A stretch of 57,226 bases of DNA, the filler included, from Stramenopiles sp. TOSAG23-6 (Eukaryota): NCBI GenBank assembly GCA_900128565.1. It is 27 parts of 27 records of this genome, joined end to end, with 100 filler letters (N's around TTAATTAATTAA, not from the genome) between each part and the next. Parts side by side here need not be neighbours in the genome. Positions count along the whole stretch, not along the records: positions 28,928 to 38,299 come from LT636375.1; positions 38,400 to 47,767 come from LT636376.1; 25 more parts are not named here. One strand, 5' to 3'. Made by a program: the position numbers and the translations under genes. The notes beneath the pieces were generated by a model, which ran no database searches, was not told the DNA's origin, and saw only the letters and a list, made by a program, of their open reading frames with translations. Shown piece after piece: positions 33,950-45,014 of the stretch. How positions within the stretch are numbered: position 1 is the stretch's first letter; every line of letters starts with the position of its first letter.

Positions 33950-36340
33950 CTATTTTTTGATATCGGAAACTTCATCACCTTTATCATCACCTTGCGCTTC
34001 TAAATTTTTTTGAAAAACATAGACTGCGTAAACATGCTTACCATAATTCGAGTTCCTCAATTCTTTCTTTTTCTTTTCAATTAAGTCCCTCAATAGACTC
34101 AAATGTTTTCCTTTTGCTACTTGTAACATTTTCTTAACAACAAAATTGCCAAATCTATTTACCATCAAAGATTCTATACGAAATTTAGAATCCTCTTGAA
34201 TTAATAATTCCTCAAACATCAAATTTCTCCGTTCTGGAGAAGAATATTCTAGACATCTTTCAACAATATTAGATCCCGCTTTATGCTGTGAGAACTGAAA
34301 TAAAAACCCTTGTAATCGTTCTGCAACATTGCTTATCGCCTCTTGATCTCCAGAGCGACATACGAATTGGACTACGTAATTTCCGAAACTATTTTTCACA
34401 AGTCCAGTACAATCCCTCAAAATATACGACATGAGATCTGATGCTTCTGGCATTTTAGCACAAAACTTTTGTATACGTTGTATTACTCTACACCCATAAT
34501 GATGTTTTGCAATTACATTGAAGTTTTTCATACAAATACTAACTATTTCTCCCTTATTTGGTGCTGAGGAATATTCCAAGATCTTTTGTATCACATGATT
34601 TCCATGTTCATCAATTACAAGAGCCATTACCTGTTCTTTTAATTCTTCTATAATTTCAGTTTGTACGTTGGGTTTGAAATAAACTATTGCTTGTTGGACT
34701 ACACGACATCCATATTTATGCAATGAATACGAAAAATATTTTCCTTTTAATTGTTGTGATAATCTATCTAATTGTGAACTGTTGCCTACTTCGAAAAACA
34801 TTTGTACTAGATAATTACCAAAAATGTCATGAGTATATAAATGAAGATCTTCTATTATTTCGAGAAATATTTGTTCCTTTTCCTCTTCTGTAGCTATTTC
34901 TATTGCAGCATTCCTAACATGTTTACCACCAAGATGTCCACCTAATTTATCTTGAAGAAATCTGCAACAAATGGAGTCACGTGCAAATACTTTCAAATCG
35001 CCCAACAATTGAGATATTTGAATCAAGTATGGGGCTATCTCAAGAGAGCGTCTCAGTTTTGCTTGCTGTACTGTAAAAGTGACTATAGGGTTAGGTTTAC
35101 GATTTCTATTTACTGCATTCTTTTTCTTGTCCAATGTATTACCAGTTGATCGCTGCTGAGGGGCATTTCTATCTCTTCCTTTTGAGTAATTTTGTTTTGT
35201 TACAAAATCCATACCTAACGAATTTCTTTGTCCCTGGGGAGTATGCTGACGAGTGTTTGGTGACCAATTTCTATACTGATTATTATCTGTTGGATTTGGG
35301 AATGTTTCCCCATGAGATCTAGAATACATTACATGAGGATTTTGATTATATGTATGATCTGCTTTGTTTTTATGTGCGAAAGACTCTGAATCTTCCAGTA
35401 CAGAAGGATCATACATTCTTTCATCATAAAATACTGTGCTATATTTATTTCCATAATATGCCGGTGACGTCATCATCGGATTGCCGTGGTATATTGGAGG
35501 CATTGGTGGCATTTCATATCCTACATTTATTCTAGGTTGTTCAGGTGGTACACCCTCGTGTGAATTTTTATCACTAGATTGTGTCTGGGTTTTTTCCTCA
35601 GTTTTGGAGCCATTGTGAAAAACATTTTCAGCAGTCGATTCGTCCTCATTATTTTCTGATTTTTGTTCTGACTGAGTCCACTCCAATGNATCCTGCGGGA
35701 ATTGTGGAGGTGCTTCCATATATAAATATGGACCATACATACCATAATTCGGCATGAACTCCATCGCGAAGTTTTGTTGTCCTCCCCCAGGTCCATAGTA
35801 AACTCCTTCTGGAGGTNTGTAGAAGGCTGATGTCTTCCAGAGGACTTCATCATCAANAGTTTCATTTTCATTTGCTACTTTATTGGTATCTTCATCCTGA
35901 GTTTCATTGGTACTTGTTTCATTGTTTTGCGAATGCTCTTTATTGCTATTTTTGTGATTTNGAGCACTTGTTCTCTTTTCAATATCAGGTTGAACTGCTT
36001 CAGTAGACTTTTCTTTCACAACTTCATTATTATTAACTATAGTATCTAACTTACCCTCAGACTTCAAAGCTGTAGCACAAAATCGGTCTATGACTGAAGT
36101 AGAAACATCACTAGTAATAGAATCTGAAGTTTGCTGTTGATCTAGAGTACCTTCGTTTTCGTGACTAAATGTATCATTATGAATGGGAGATACGTTTCTT
36201 TTTCCAGTATCTACAGTTTCAACATTCAACGATTTCTTTCCATCAGCCGNTTTTGGATTAAAACAAGTAGGAGAGGTTGTCTCAATTTCAGACTTGCTTG
36301 TTTGTGTCTCTTTTTTTNCAGCTCTCCCAATATTTGACAT
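33950..36340 (-). CDS. Pumilio/PUF RNA-binding protein
   Basis: Eight PUF repeats (CRFLQ, NYLVQ, CRVVQ, NHVIQ, CRVIQ, NYVVQ, SNIVE, NFVVK) and YGKHV. Confidence 0.93.
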   Translation of the reverse strand: MSNIGRAXKKETQTSKSEIETTSPTCFNPKXADGKKSLNVETVDTGKRNVSPIHNDTFSHENEGTLDQQQTSDSITSDVSTSVIDRFCATALKSEGKLDTIVNNNEVVKEKSTEAVQPDIEKRTSAXNHKNSNKEHSQNNETSTNETQDEDTNKVANENETXDDEVLWKTSAFYXPPEGVYYGPGGGQQNFAMEFMPNYGMYGPYLYMEAPPQFPQDXLEWTQSEQKSENNEDESTAENVFHNGSKTEEKTQTQSSDKNSHEGVPPEQPRINVGYEMPPMPPIYHGNPMMTSPAYYGNKYSTVFYDERMYDPSVLEDSESFAHKNKADHTYNQNPHVMYSRSHGETFPNPTDNNQYRNWSPNTRQHTPQGQRNSLGMDFVTKQNYSKGRDRNAPQQRSTGNTLDKKKNAVNRNRKPNPIVTFTVQQAKLRRSLEIAPYLIQISQLLGDLKVFARDSICCRFLQDKLGGHLGGKHVRNAAIEIATEEEKEQIFLEIIEDLHLYTHDIFGNYLVQMFFEVGNSSQLDRLSQQLKGKYFSYSLHKYGCRVVQQAIVYFKPNVQTEIIEELKEQVMALVIDEHGNHVIQKILEYSSAPNKGEIVSICMKNFNVIAKHHYGCRVIQRIQKFCAKMPEASDLMSYILRDCTGLVKNSFGNYVVQFVCRSGDQEAISNVAERLQGFLFQFSQHKAGSNIVERCLEYSSPERRNLMFEELLIQEDSKFRIESLMVNRFGNFVVKKMLQVAKGKHLSLLRDLIEKKKKELRNSNYGKHVYAVYVFQKNLEAQGDDKGDEVSDIKK

Positions 36341-36760
36341 TGTCTCAATCNGAATATTTCCGTCTATTTGCTTCTAATAGTCATTCGAAATCTTGGAGAT
36401 CTGGTTCGGTAGTGTTCAGAAATACAAATATATTGCAAGTTGCAACGGCCGAAGCCGTTTATCGAAAAAGGTACACAACAACACGATCAACGAAAGACAG
36501 GTTTGTTATGTAGTCCTATTTTTTTCATACGAAATTTTGTACCTAATGAACAAAAGCTTTTCTTTTTTTCAGAAAGTTCTTTTCCGTTTCAATATCTTGA
36601 TTTTTTTTTTCATACAAATTTTTGTACCTAAACAAAAAAAANCTCGGAAGAGGAATAAGATTCTCACTCGCTTCTGCTTCCACAGTCGACACTCCTATCT
36701 TCTGTACAGCTGATAATTCTAAATCGTATTGTATTTTGAGTGTATAGCGAATAATTCATC

Positions 36761-38131
36761 ATGGGAGGAGTACTTTCCCTCGGTGGCTCAGCTGCATCGA
36801 TAGCAACAACAGCCTCATGTTGTATGTGTAGCTCTGCAATGGCTGGGTGCAATCAAGCTGGAAAGGCTTCAAAAAAGGCGTCAGCCATCATCTATGTTTT
36901 GTTAGTGTTTCTCTCCGCCATATTAGGTTTGATAATGAAAACATGGGGAGCAAATTTAGTAATTCATTTACCTGGAGCGAAATGGGGTTGTACTGATGAT
37001 TGGTGTCATGGTAATGAAAGTGTATATAGGGTTTCATTTGGTGTAGTCATCTTCTTCGGTATCTGTATGATTGTGGCTCCGGTGTGTGACGCTTTTCACT
37101 CAGGTATGTGGGGAGTTAAATGTATTCTGTTACCTGCAACAATATTTGCTGCNTACATGATCCCTGCTCCGTTTTATTATCAATATGAAGAGGTATCACG
37201 CGTCGCATCTTCTCTTTTTTTACTTTTACAGGTACTTATTCTCATTGAATTTGCNTATGACAGTCACGAATGGCTCGTCACAAAAGCAGATGACGCGGAT
37301 GAAGGTCAAGAACCTGGAATGTGTAGTAACGGTTATCGTGTATTGTACATTTCATTGTGTGTTTTATTTACACTTGGATCNGTAATTTCATGCTGCTTCA
37401 TGTATCATTATTTTAGCTGTGGTGCAGGACCTGCTTCCGTCTCTGTCACNTTACTAGGAGTGATTATTTTTTCAATTGTGTCCGTGTCTGAATGGGGACG
37501 TGGCTTATTAGTTGGATCCGTAGTTTCTGCATATATTACTTGGCTTGAGTTTAGTGCTATGACAAGTATGCCTCAAGAATGTAATCCGTTTTTGAAAAAG
37601 GATGGTGATGAAGACGCGACATCTGTATGGCTAGGTCTTATCATTGCGTCACTCTCTGTCGGATATGCAGGGTATTCTGCAGCGACGGGTGTACACGACG
37701 CTCTTTCTTTAGCACCTGATGCAGAACAGAACAATAGTGTATCAAATGTTGAAGATGGCACTAGTGGTGATAATGACAGAGTATATCAATTATTAGCTGA
37801 GGGAAAAACGGATGAAAGTGAAACAACTGCACAGATACAACGCGAACGAAACCTCAACAACAACGGCACCGAGGAACAGACATCTGAAGAAAAAGATTCG
37901 TCTGCTGCTAGCTCAGTCGCTGTATTTCATTTTGTAATGGTTTGTTGTGGGTTTTATATGGCGATGGTGTTAACAAATTGGGCAGATACTCCAGACAAGG
38001 CTACACCAAGTAGTGAAAATGGAACAAGTAGTTCATCCATGTGGGTAAAGCTCCTTTCACAGTATGCCACTATGGCTTTATACATGTGGAGTATATTTGC
38101 TCCATTGATTATGACTGACAGGGAATTTTAA
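36761..38131 (+). CDS. SERINC: Serine incorporator (Serinc/TMS1) family protein
   Basis: MG start, VYRVSF, FHSGMWGVK, FHF....FYMAMVLTNW, MWVK, AP....DREF C-terminus. Confidence 0.93.
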   Translation: MGGVLSLGGSAASIATTASCCMCSSAMAGCNQAGKASKKASAIIYVLLVFLSAILGLIMKTWGANLVIHLPGAKWGCTDDWCHGNESVYRVSFGVVIFFGICMIVAPVCDAFHSGMWGVKCILLPATIFAXYMIPAPFYYQYEEVSRVASSLFLLLQVLILIEFXYDSHEWLVTKADDADEGQEPGMCSNGYRVLYISLCVLFTLGXVISCCFMYHYFSCGAGPASVSVXLLGVIIFSIVSVSEWGRGLLVGSVVSAYITWLEFSAMTSMPQECNPFLKKDGDEDATSVWLGLIIASLSVGYAGYSAATGVHDALSLAPDAEQNNSVSNVEDGTSGDNDRVYQLLAEGKTDESETTAQIQRERNLNNNGTEEQTSEEKDSSAASSVAVFHFVMVCCGFYMAMVLTNWADTPDKATPSSENGTSSSSMWVKLLSQYATMALYMWSIFAPLIMTDREF

Positions 38132-38454
38132 AAATTATTTTTTTTGTACCATGTATTTGTATGAAATGTAAAAAAATAAACAAAAAAATAAACAAAAAAA
38201 TAAAAAATAAAAATTTATGTTTTTTTTGTGTAAAATCCTAGTAAGACTACATCAAGTTTCAAGTTGAACTGCACTTTCTTTAAAAGTCTCGTTCAAGGCN
38301 NNNNNNNNNNNNNNNNNNNNNNNNNNNNNNNNNNNNNNNNNNNTTAATTAATTAANNNNNNNNNNNNNNNNNNNNNNNNNNNNNNNNNNNNNNNNNNNNT
38401 TTGTACCTAACAAATTTTAGTTTTTTTTTTTTGAAATATTTTTCCAAAATACAT

Positions 38455-38788
38455 TGATAGCATTGATTGTGGTGTAATTAATGGTAAAGAGACATCCGAA
38501 TCCATTGAATATGAATCTTGCTTATTGAACAATTATGATAATGATAATAATAATAGGGCAATTGATGATAATAATCTACAAAATCCGCATTTCACTACAA
38601 AATTAGAAAAACCCAAACTTCGTTTAAGATTACCAACGAGTGCTTTGCCAAAACATTTACAAAAACGAAATAATGAGACCTCTCTTACAAATGAATTAAA
38701 ATCTACAGAATCAAAAAAAAAAAAGAGAGGTACAACAAGGAGTAGACTAAACCAAAAACTTACAAAACGTTTCAAAAAAAAATGGTAA
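38455..38788 (+). CDS. Last exon of a hypothetical protein
   Basis: Open frame starting right after a family acceptor (AATACAT at 38454). Confidence 0.5.
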
Positions 38789-38874
38789 TGAAAACAATGT
38801 CATATAGATAGGTACCGTACTACATATTAGCCTATATAATGGGATATAAATTTTATATTTGAAATTTTATATAA

Positions 38875-39579
38875 TTATCTGTTTGTTTTTCGTATAGAAG
38901 TATTGTATCGATTGTATAGTGTATAACCAAATATACAAAATGAACTAATGAAACTAACACATGTAAATACATAAATCATTTCACGAAAACTGCCATTTAG
39001 TTCTATACCATTTTCTGTATTCTTATTTGAGTTTCGTATTCGTCTCAAATGTCGCCTTTGTTTTTTTTCAAGGTTTTTTATTTCTTTAGATAACTCTACA
39101 TACCCAGAGTCGTAAGCATGCATTTCCGCAGTTTTACCAACATCATCTACTGTATTACAAAGAGCACCACGACGAATCAATAACTTGACAGCTGCATGTT
39201 GACCATGTAGGGAAGCAAATGCCAATGGACAAAGGCCTAGACGGCCTGGGGAATTCACATTGCAACCAGAAGAACAAAGAATTCTAATTCCTTTCAAATT
39301 TCCGGTACGAGACACTGACATTAAGGGCGTCAATCCAGTAGTTTTAGAAACATTATTCAACATTAATGTAGGACATTCAGCACAAAGTTCAGCCAAAAGA
39401 CTGTTGGAACTGGTGTCGGCAGCTCTACAAAGAGCTGCAAATGTAAGTTGGTCGTTTTTCTTTGGGTCATCCGATAGCAGTTCTACAGTACCAGCACTAC
39501 CAATAGAATAGCCAGGAGTATCTGCATCTATTATAGTGACAGGACGACCTACTCTTCTCATATAATTTCTTCTTCTCAT
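38875..39579 (-). CDS. Ankyrin-repeat protein with a C-terminal TM helix
   Basis: GLTPLM, GLCPLAFAS..GQ, GKTA repeats; hydrophobic tail. Confidence 0.85.
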   Translation of the reverse strand: MRRRNYMRRVGRPVTIIDADTPGYSIGSAGTVELLSDDPKKNDQLTFAALCRAADTSSNSLLAELCAECPTLMLNNVSKTTGLTPLMSVSRTGNLKGIRILCSSGCNVNSPGRLGLCPLAFASLHGQHAAVKLLIRRGALCNTVDDVGKTAEMHAYDSGYVELSKEIKNLEKKQRRHLRRIRNSNKNTENGIELNGSFREMIYVFTCVSFISSFCIFGYTLYNRYNTSIRKTNR

Positions 39580-39889
39580 CTCTTTCTACGTAGCATCATG
39601 CAGCATCTGGTATAGTAAAAATCTTTGATAATACAAAAACACGTCCGACACCGAGGTCCTGTCGTCTAACTAATACTATCTTGTAAAAACCTTGACTGAC
39701 CTGACTGACTTGACTTCGACTTCGCTCTAAAAAAAAACAGTTTTTCGTGACTTTCAAGGCATCGCGAAGGAGGAACTTTTTCTTCAGTCTCACCTTGAGG
39801 AATCTCACTACAGGTGTAAAAATAAAAATGAATTCATGCTACTACCTTACTAAACTTTAAAGATAGACTGTTCTCAAAGTTATTAGAAA

Positions 39890-41416
39890 ATGGCAACATT
39901 TTGGAAGTCTTATGAAAAGCATTGGTGTAAATATTGCAAGACATGGATGCCTGGTAACAAGAGTTCTATTATAAATCATGAGAAAGGAAAAAGGCACAAA
40001 GAGGCTGTGTTGAATCATCGCATGCAGTCTCGGAAGAAGAATGCTGAGAAACTCGCGAAAAAAAAAGCTGCTGATAAGATGATAAGAGATCTAAATCGTG
40101 CAGCGGAGGCGCAAATGGATAAAGACATGTCAGGTGGACTATTGAATAATCGTAGTGGTTTTGCGCGGCCTTCCTCAGAACGTCAGCAACACGATACTCG
40201 TCCGGAACAAAAGACTCAGGGCAAAGCACCCAAGAAAAAGGAAAAGCCGAAACAGAGTGTCCCGGGTCCATATTGGCCTCGCCCAAAAGCTCCTCCCAAA
40301 GAAGAGCGTGATCTCGAAACATATCCTCCAACTGACAATCGTTTCAAAGGTCACTTTATGGTCCATGGAGTCACTTATCTTAGTTCTGCTGTTTTTGAAA
40401 GAAAATTGTGCATTGGGGTCGAGGTAGAAGTATGGGATCCAAGTAGTAGCATTTGGAGAATTGGAATAATAAATGGTGTTAAGTTAGTCAATAGTAATGA
40501 AAAAAATAGTGTAACTCCAGCCATCATTAGGAGATACAGAGTGAATACGTCGATACAAGATCATGATATTTGTGATGATGAGTTATCCAGTGACCCTAAC
40601 CCTATTTGTGATGATCAGTTAAAAAAGTTATCCACTGAAAATGTTTATATATTCACTGCCATTGAAGGATTGCGTCTAGTCCCTCCTGGACCTCCAAGTT
40701 TAAGTTTTCATGTACAATCAAATATAGATCACAAAGAAAGTTATATGAAAAAAGAAGGTAATGAGATTCACTCAGATAATGAGATTGACTCAGATAATAG
40801 TAAAAGCAATAGTAAAAAACGACGAAAAAAATCTCGTTGGGGGCAGAATAACCCTATCCCTAATAACCCAAGTAAGAATAAAGTTGAGTTGAATGAAGAG
40901 GATAATAATAAAGAAAGTATTGCTACTGAGAAGACTAACGCTAGTATGTCTGAAATTTTTGGTTTTGGAAATTGGGAAGTTATGAAGAAAATACCAAAAA
41001 AGACAGACAAAATAAAACCCACAAAAGAAATTCATAAATATGCTTTTGCGAATGAAGCAGAGGCAAAAGCATATTATAAACATCAAAAACAAACTGCTAA
41101 AGGATACGATTTTGAAGGTGACAATCCAGATGATCATGAAGGAGTTGTTGATGCATTATCAGCAGCGAATCCACATGTATGTTTTATTTTTTTCAATTTT
41201 TTGTCTAAATTTTTTTCGTACGAAATTTTGTACCTAACAAATTTTAGGTTTTTTTTTTCAAAATATTTTTCCAAAATACATGGTGGTGCGTATCGAGGTG
41301 TTCAAATTTGTGATAAAGCTCAAACGAGAGCAGAAATGATGACAACAAAGCAAGACGATGGAACAAAAGTTAAATTTAAAAAGAAGCGGAAGAAAAAACG
41401 AAAAAAAATGGGTTAA
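39890..41416 (+). CDS. WBP4/FBP21-like U1-type zinc-finger spliceosomal protein; GT-AT intron at 41177-41281
   Basis: M..FWKS..KHWCKYCKTW...HEKGKRHK and basic FKKKRKK tail; spliced NPH|GGAYRG. Confidence 0.8.
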   Translation: MATFWKSYEKHWCKYCKTWMPGNKSSIINHEKGKRHKEAVLNHRMQSRKKNAEKLAKKKAADKMIRDLNRAAEAQMDKDMSGGLLNNRSGFARPSSERQQHDTRPEQKTQGKAPKKKEKPKQSVPGPYWPRPKAPPKEERDLETYPPTDNRFKGHFMVHGVTYLSSAVFERKLCIGVEVEVWDPSSSIWRIGIINGVKLVNSNEKNSVTPAIIRRYRVNTSIQDHDICDDELSSDPNPICDDQLKKLSTENVYIFTAIEGLRLVPPGPPSLSFHVQSNIDHKESYMKKEGNEIHSDNEIDSDNSKSNSKKRRKKSRWGQNNPIPNNPSKNKVELNEEDNNKESIATEKTNASMSEIFGFGNWEVMKKIPKKTDKIKPTKEIHKYAFANEAEAKAYYKHQKQTAKGYDFEGDNPDDHEGVVDALSAANPHVCFIFFNFLSKFFSYEILYLTNFRFFFSKYFSKIHGGAYRGVQICDKAQTRAEMMTTKQDDGTKVKFKKKRKKKRKKMG

Positions 41417-41481
41417 ATTATTAAAAATTGGTTAAAAATATTATATTAAAAACTCAAAAAACTATATATGCTCAAGATACA

Positions 41482-43040
41482 TTATTTATTGTACATGTTT
41501 TTAGTATCCATTACTATCCCATCCATATCATCCACAGATGCTGGCATGTAAGACACTCCAGCAAGAGGTACCCAACATCCTTGTTCTATACTATACTTAG
41601 GATCGCCCAAACTCTGTAAATGCTTAGGGTTAGGGTCATTTTCAAGTTTAGGATCGCCAAACTCCTGGTGTTGCTTTGGGTTATTTTGAAGTCGAATTGC
41701 TAAAATCCGAAATAGCAAACTTGGGCTATGAACATTTTCACTATCATGTACTTCAATATGAATATGAGGTTCTGGTGCGAAACCGACATCTCCAGAAAGA
41801 CATAGAATTTCACCAGATTTTACCAAATCACCCATTTTAAATTTAATAGAGCCTTTTTTAATGTGGATGTAGAGTGAAGAAATATTTTGAAAAAAATGAT
41901 TTTTTTTGTTAGGTATTATTCTACAGTAGGGTTTAGGGTTCATTTCGAATTTTTCAGATTTTCAATGACAAAAAAAAAACATTATTATGTCAATAAAAAC
42001 AATAAGTGGATTAGGGTTGGGGTTAAAGTGGATAACATACACATAATCTACAACCACAGATGTGGTACAATTTCGTTTTGATTCATCTGGAACAGGTATC
42101 GGCATACCATCCTTATTTAGAAACACTTGAAGTGAAATAGAATTCCAATTACACAAATTAGAACAATGAATGCCAGTCACTTCATTTCGATGGGCTATAT
42201 CAGTGATGATACCATCACCAATGGCAGTCACGGGGGTGTCAATATCACACCGAAGGTCAAACGCATGTATAGTGAAAACAATTAGAAATCAAAAAATTGT
42301 TAGGTGAAAAAAAAACTATACAATACAAATACAACAGAGTTGAAAATAATCCTCTCAGATATTTGAAAAACACAATGAATTTGAAATGTATGATGGAAAC
42401 GTACATGAAATGACTCAGGGAAAAAATGGGTAAGTCTACCCCCATTGCCTTGGGTACAGAGAAAAGGACCAGTACCACCTAAAGGAAAATTCTGAAAAAA
42501 AGGAATGACTTTTTGTTTTTCCCCTTCTNTATCAGGATGTTGAATAAGGGGAAACGCGAGTTTTGAAGTCTCCATTTTTGACCATATTGTACGGGCAACG
42601 TCAAAACGGGTTTTCGGTGGTATGATCAGTATAAATGTAATACAGTCCACAATATATGTACCTTTGACACTTGTTCTATGTAAATCTGAAGTCTTACCTA
42701 TTTCCAATTTCTTCTTATTCCCATCAAGAAAAGTAAGTGTATTCACTACTGTAGCAGAGGCATTATCACTTGATTCGTCACATTGACCTGGTGTTACAGA
42801 CACATATACTACTTGTTCTACATCTGCCACATTTGAAACTGATAAAATATGACTACCGTGTGAAATATCTACAGTGTCGTCAATCAAAAAGGCCATTTCT
42901 ATCTTATCATATTCTTCCTCATCACAATGCTCTTCACTCCAACTTATCACTTGTTCATCAACAGCAGAAACGCCAACTAACCACGGCGTTTTTGAATCAG
43001 CAATATGACAACCAGGACAACCACAACACAAGCAATTCAT
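41482..43040 (-). CDS. M23-family zinc metallopeptidase; exons 43040-42405, 42264-42041, 41866-41482; GT-AT introns at 42404-42265 and 42040-41867
   Basis: TQG...TH...H|AFD, TPV.A..DG, Y-V-HI, GD.V..G, SG..G...PHIH motifs restored by splicing. Confidence 0.88.
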
Positions 43041-43342
43041 TGGACAATAACTCCACACAAGTGCTGGTGGTAATTCTAAGTTTCTTTCTTTATATAGTGT
43101 ACCTGTTTACACCACTGACTCGCTACTATCATCAGATTCTGATGTCTAAAAAAATAGATTCAGCTAAAAAATACTACTATTTAGGGTTAGGGTAGTATAT
43201 TGGTATTTCACTATTGTATATTACACGATACCATACTCGTGGATATCGTGAACACAAGGCGATTTCCGGTGTATTAATATTTCCCACCTTGGGTTGTCTC
43301 CTTGTTGAATTTTTCATTCACTTTGTAGAAAAGAGAGTCTTA

Positions 43343-44785
43343 ATGGTTCCGTTTGTCGCTGTAATTATATCACTTCTTGCAACCACTGGCCAAGCAGAGA
43401 ATTTTAATTGCGAGAAAAAAGACTGGGAAGATTGTCAGAAGGTAGAAGATTCTTGTGACCTTTATTGCCGTGATATTTTAGGCAAATCTCTTTTGAATTG
43501 TGAATCATGCCGATCCGATGAAAACCAGATAGAATGTCTACTTGCTTGTGCGCCAGAGACTTTATATGATGATAGAGCAAAAGATATGTTTGAGTGTCAT
43601 ATGAAGCAGTGCTTAGATATTGTTCCTGGGTCTTCTCCTATTGATGCGTTGGGTATGCGGTCCCTGGTTAATATTGGTGGTATTAAGAATTCTGCTTTAT
43701 TGCATTGCAATGATCTTGTTAAAACTTGTATACAAGAAAAACAATGCAAATCACTGTTGCAATTATCCATGGGATGCCAAAATGAGATTGATGTTCAACA
43801 GTGTTTCGAAAACAACTTTACGGACGGTATTGGTCAGCGCCTTGTAAAGTGTATGACGGAATTTAACTCCTTTGAATTTCTCCAAAATGAACCTGAGCCT
43901 GAAATATTAAATACGTCACATGTTGACGCAACACAATTTGCTGAAAGTATTTCTAAGATGAGTGGCTGTAAGGAGTCTTGTTCTTTATGGAACTGTGGAT
44001 CAGAAGTTAATAAATGCATAAATGATCCTCAGTGTATTGTCACCCTAAAGTGTGTGGAGTCTTGTAGTTCTTCTGATGACGAAAATGCGATTGAATGCAC
44101 GAAAGAGTGTTTTGAAAAGGTTCCTATTGGAATTCAAAACGAGTTAATGACATGCTTGACACATCACGAGTGTCTACCAACTATTTATAGTTTATCTGGT
44201 TTGTATGAAGATTTATCTGCAGTATCATCTGAAGTATCTTCCTCCGTGAAATCGTTTGTAGACGCAGTTTCTTCTATTTTTAATACTTCTAGCATGTGTG
44301 GCTTGTTTCAATGCGGCTCTTCTTTTCATGAATGCGAGACGGACGAGAAATGTGGGAGAAATATCGAATGCATTAGATCATCTAGGGGTGCTTCTAGAAA
44401 TGCATGTGTGACATCATTAGATGAAAAACACTTATCATTGCTTAATTGTTTACAAGAAAGTCGTTGTGATTCCATAAAAACAGTCGCTGTACATCGGGAT
44501 CATCAGGGTAACACTTATATGAATATACCAAGTGTAATTCGTGTTCGTGGATATTCGCATCCATTTTCATTAGTCCAAAAAGAGATGATGGGTGTGCGTA
44601 GTAAAAGAGGATATAATGAAGCTACTGTTTACGATTCACCAAGTGAAAATGATTCATTATCTGAAGTTGATATTCACGGTGAAGTACCGACAGCTTTGCT
44701 AATGGATCAAAGACGAACATGGAAGTTTTCAGTACTTCCACCTGAACCAGTAGTGACAGGGTTTGAAACTAAGAAAAATGTTTGA
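43343..44785 (+). CDS. Secreted cysteine-rich repeat protein
   Basis: Signal-peptide-like start; repeated C...C..E...C..D..C...C units. Confidence 0.75.
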   Translation: MVPFVAVIISLLATTGQAENFNCEKKDWEDCQKVEDSCDLYCRDILGKSLLNCESCRSDENQIECLLACAPETLYDDRAKDMFECHMKQCLDIVPGSSPIDALGMRSLVNIGGIKNSALLHCNDLVKTCIQEKQCKSLLQLSMGCQNEIDVQQCFENNFTDGIGQRLVKCMTEFNSFEFLQNEPEPEILNTSHVDATQFAESISKMSGCKESCSLWNCGSEVNKCINDPQCIVTLKCVESCSSSDDENAIECTKECFEKVPIGIQNELMTCLTHHECLPTIYSLSGLYEDLSAVSSEVSSSVKSFVDAVSSIFNTSSMCGLFQCGSSFHECETDEKCGRNIECIRSSRGASRNACVTSLDEKHLSLLNCLQESRCDSIKTVAVHRDHQGNTYMNIPSVIRVRGYSHPFSLVQKEMMGVRSKRGYNEATVYDSPSENDSLSEVDIHGEVPTALLMDQRRTWKFSVLPPEPVVTGFETKKNV

Positions 44786-45014
44786 AAATGGCTACATTTG
44801 AACATATTGAAGATAAGATTTTATTCTTCATGATTAAATTACACTTATCAGTATGGTGTGTGCAGCAACTAAATGTGCACACAGTGTCAATCAATGAGGT
44901 AAAGTAATACTCCTATGTATATTAAGTTGTTTATGTAACATAATTATAATAAAAGGTTGTATACGTATTCAAAAGTTTATTTATAATATATTNACATATA
45001 GTCAGATAAATACT

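Noticed and set aside
35689-37450. Isolated single N bases in Pumilio and Serinc
   Set aside because: Those checked in Serinc fall at third codon positions (GCN, TCN, ACN), consistent with masked polymorphisms in a consensus rather than lesions.
41176-41280. Helitron-like insertion between A and T (TGTAT...ATACA, no TSD)
   Set aside because: No TC...CTRR termini, and CGT/CGT and AAT/AAT flanks suggest a duplicated target instead.
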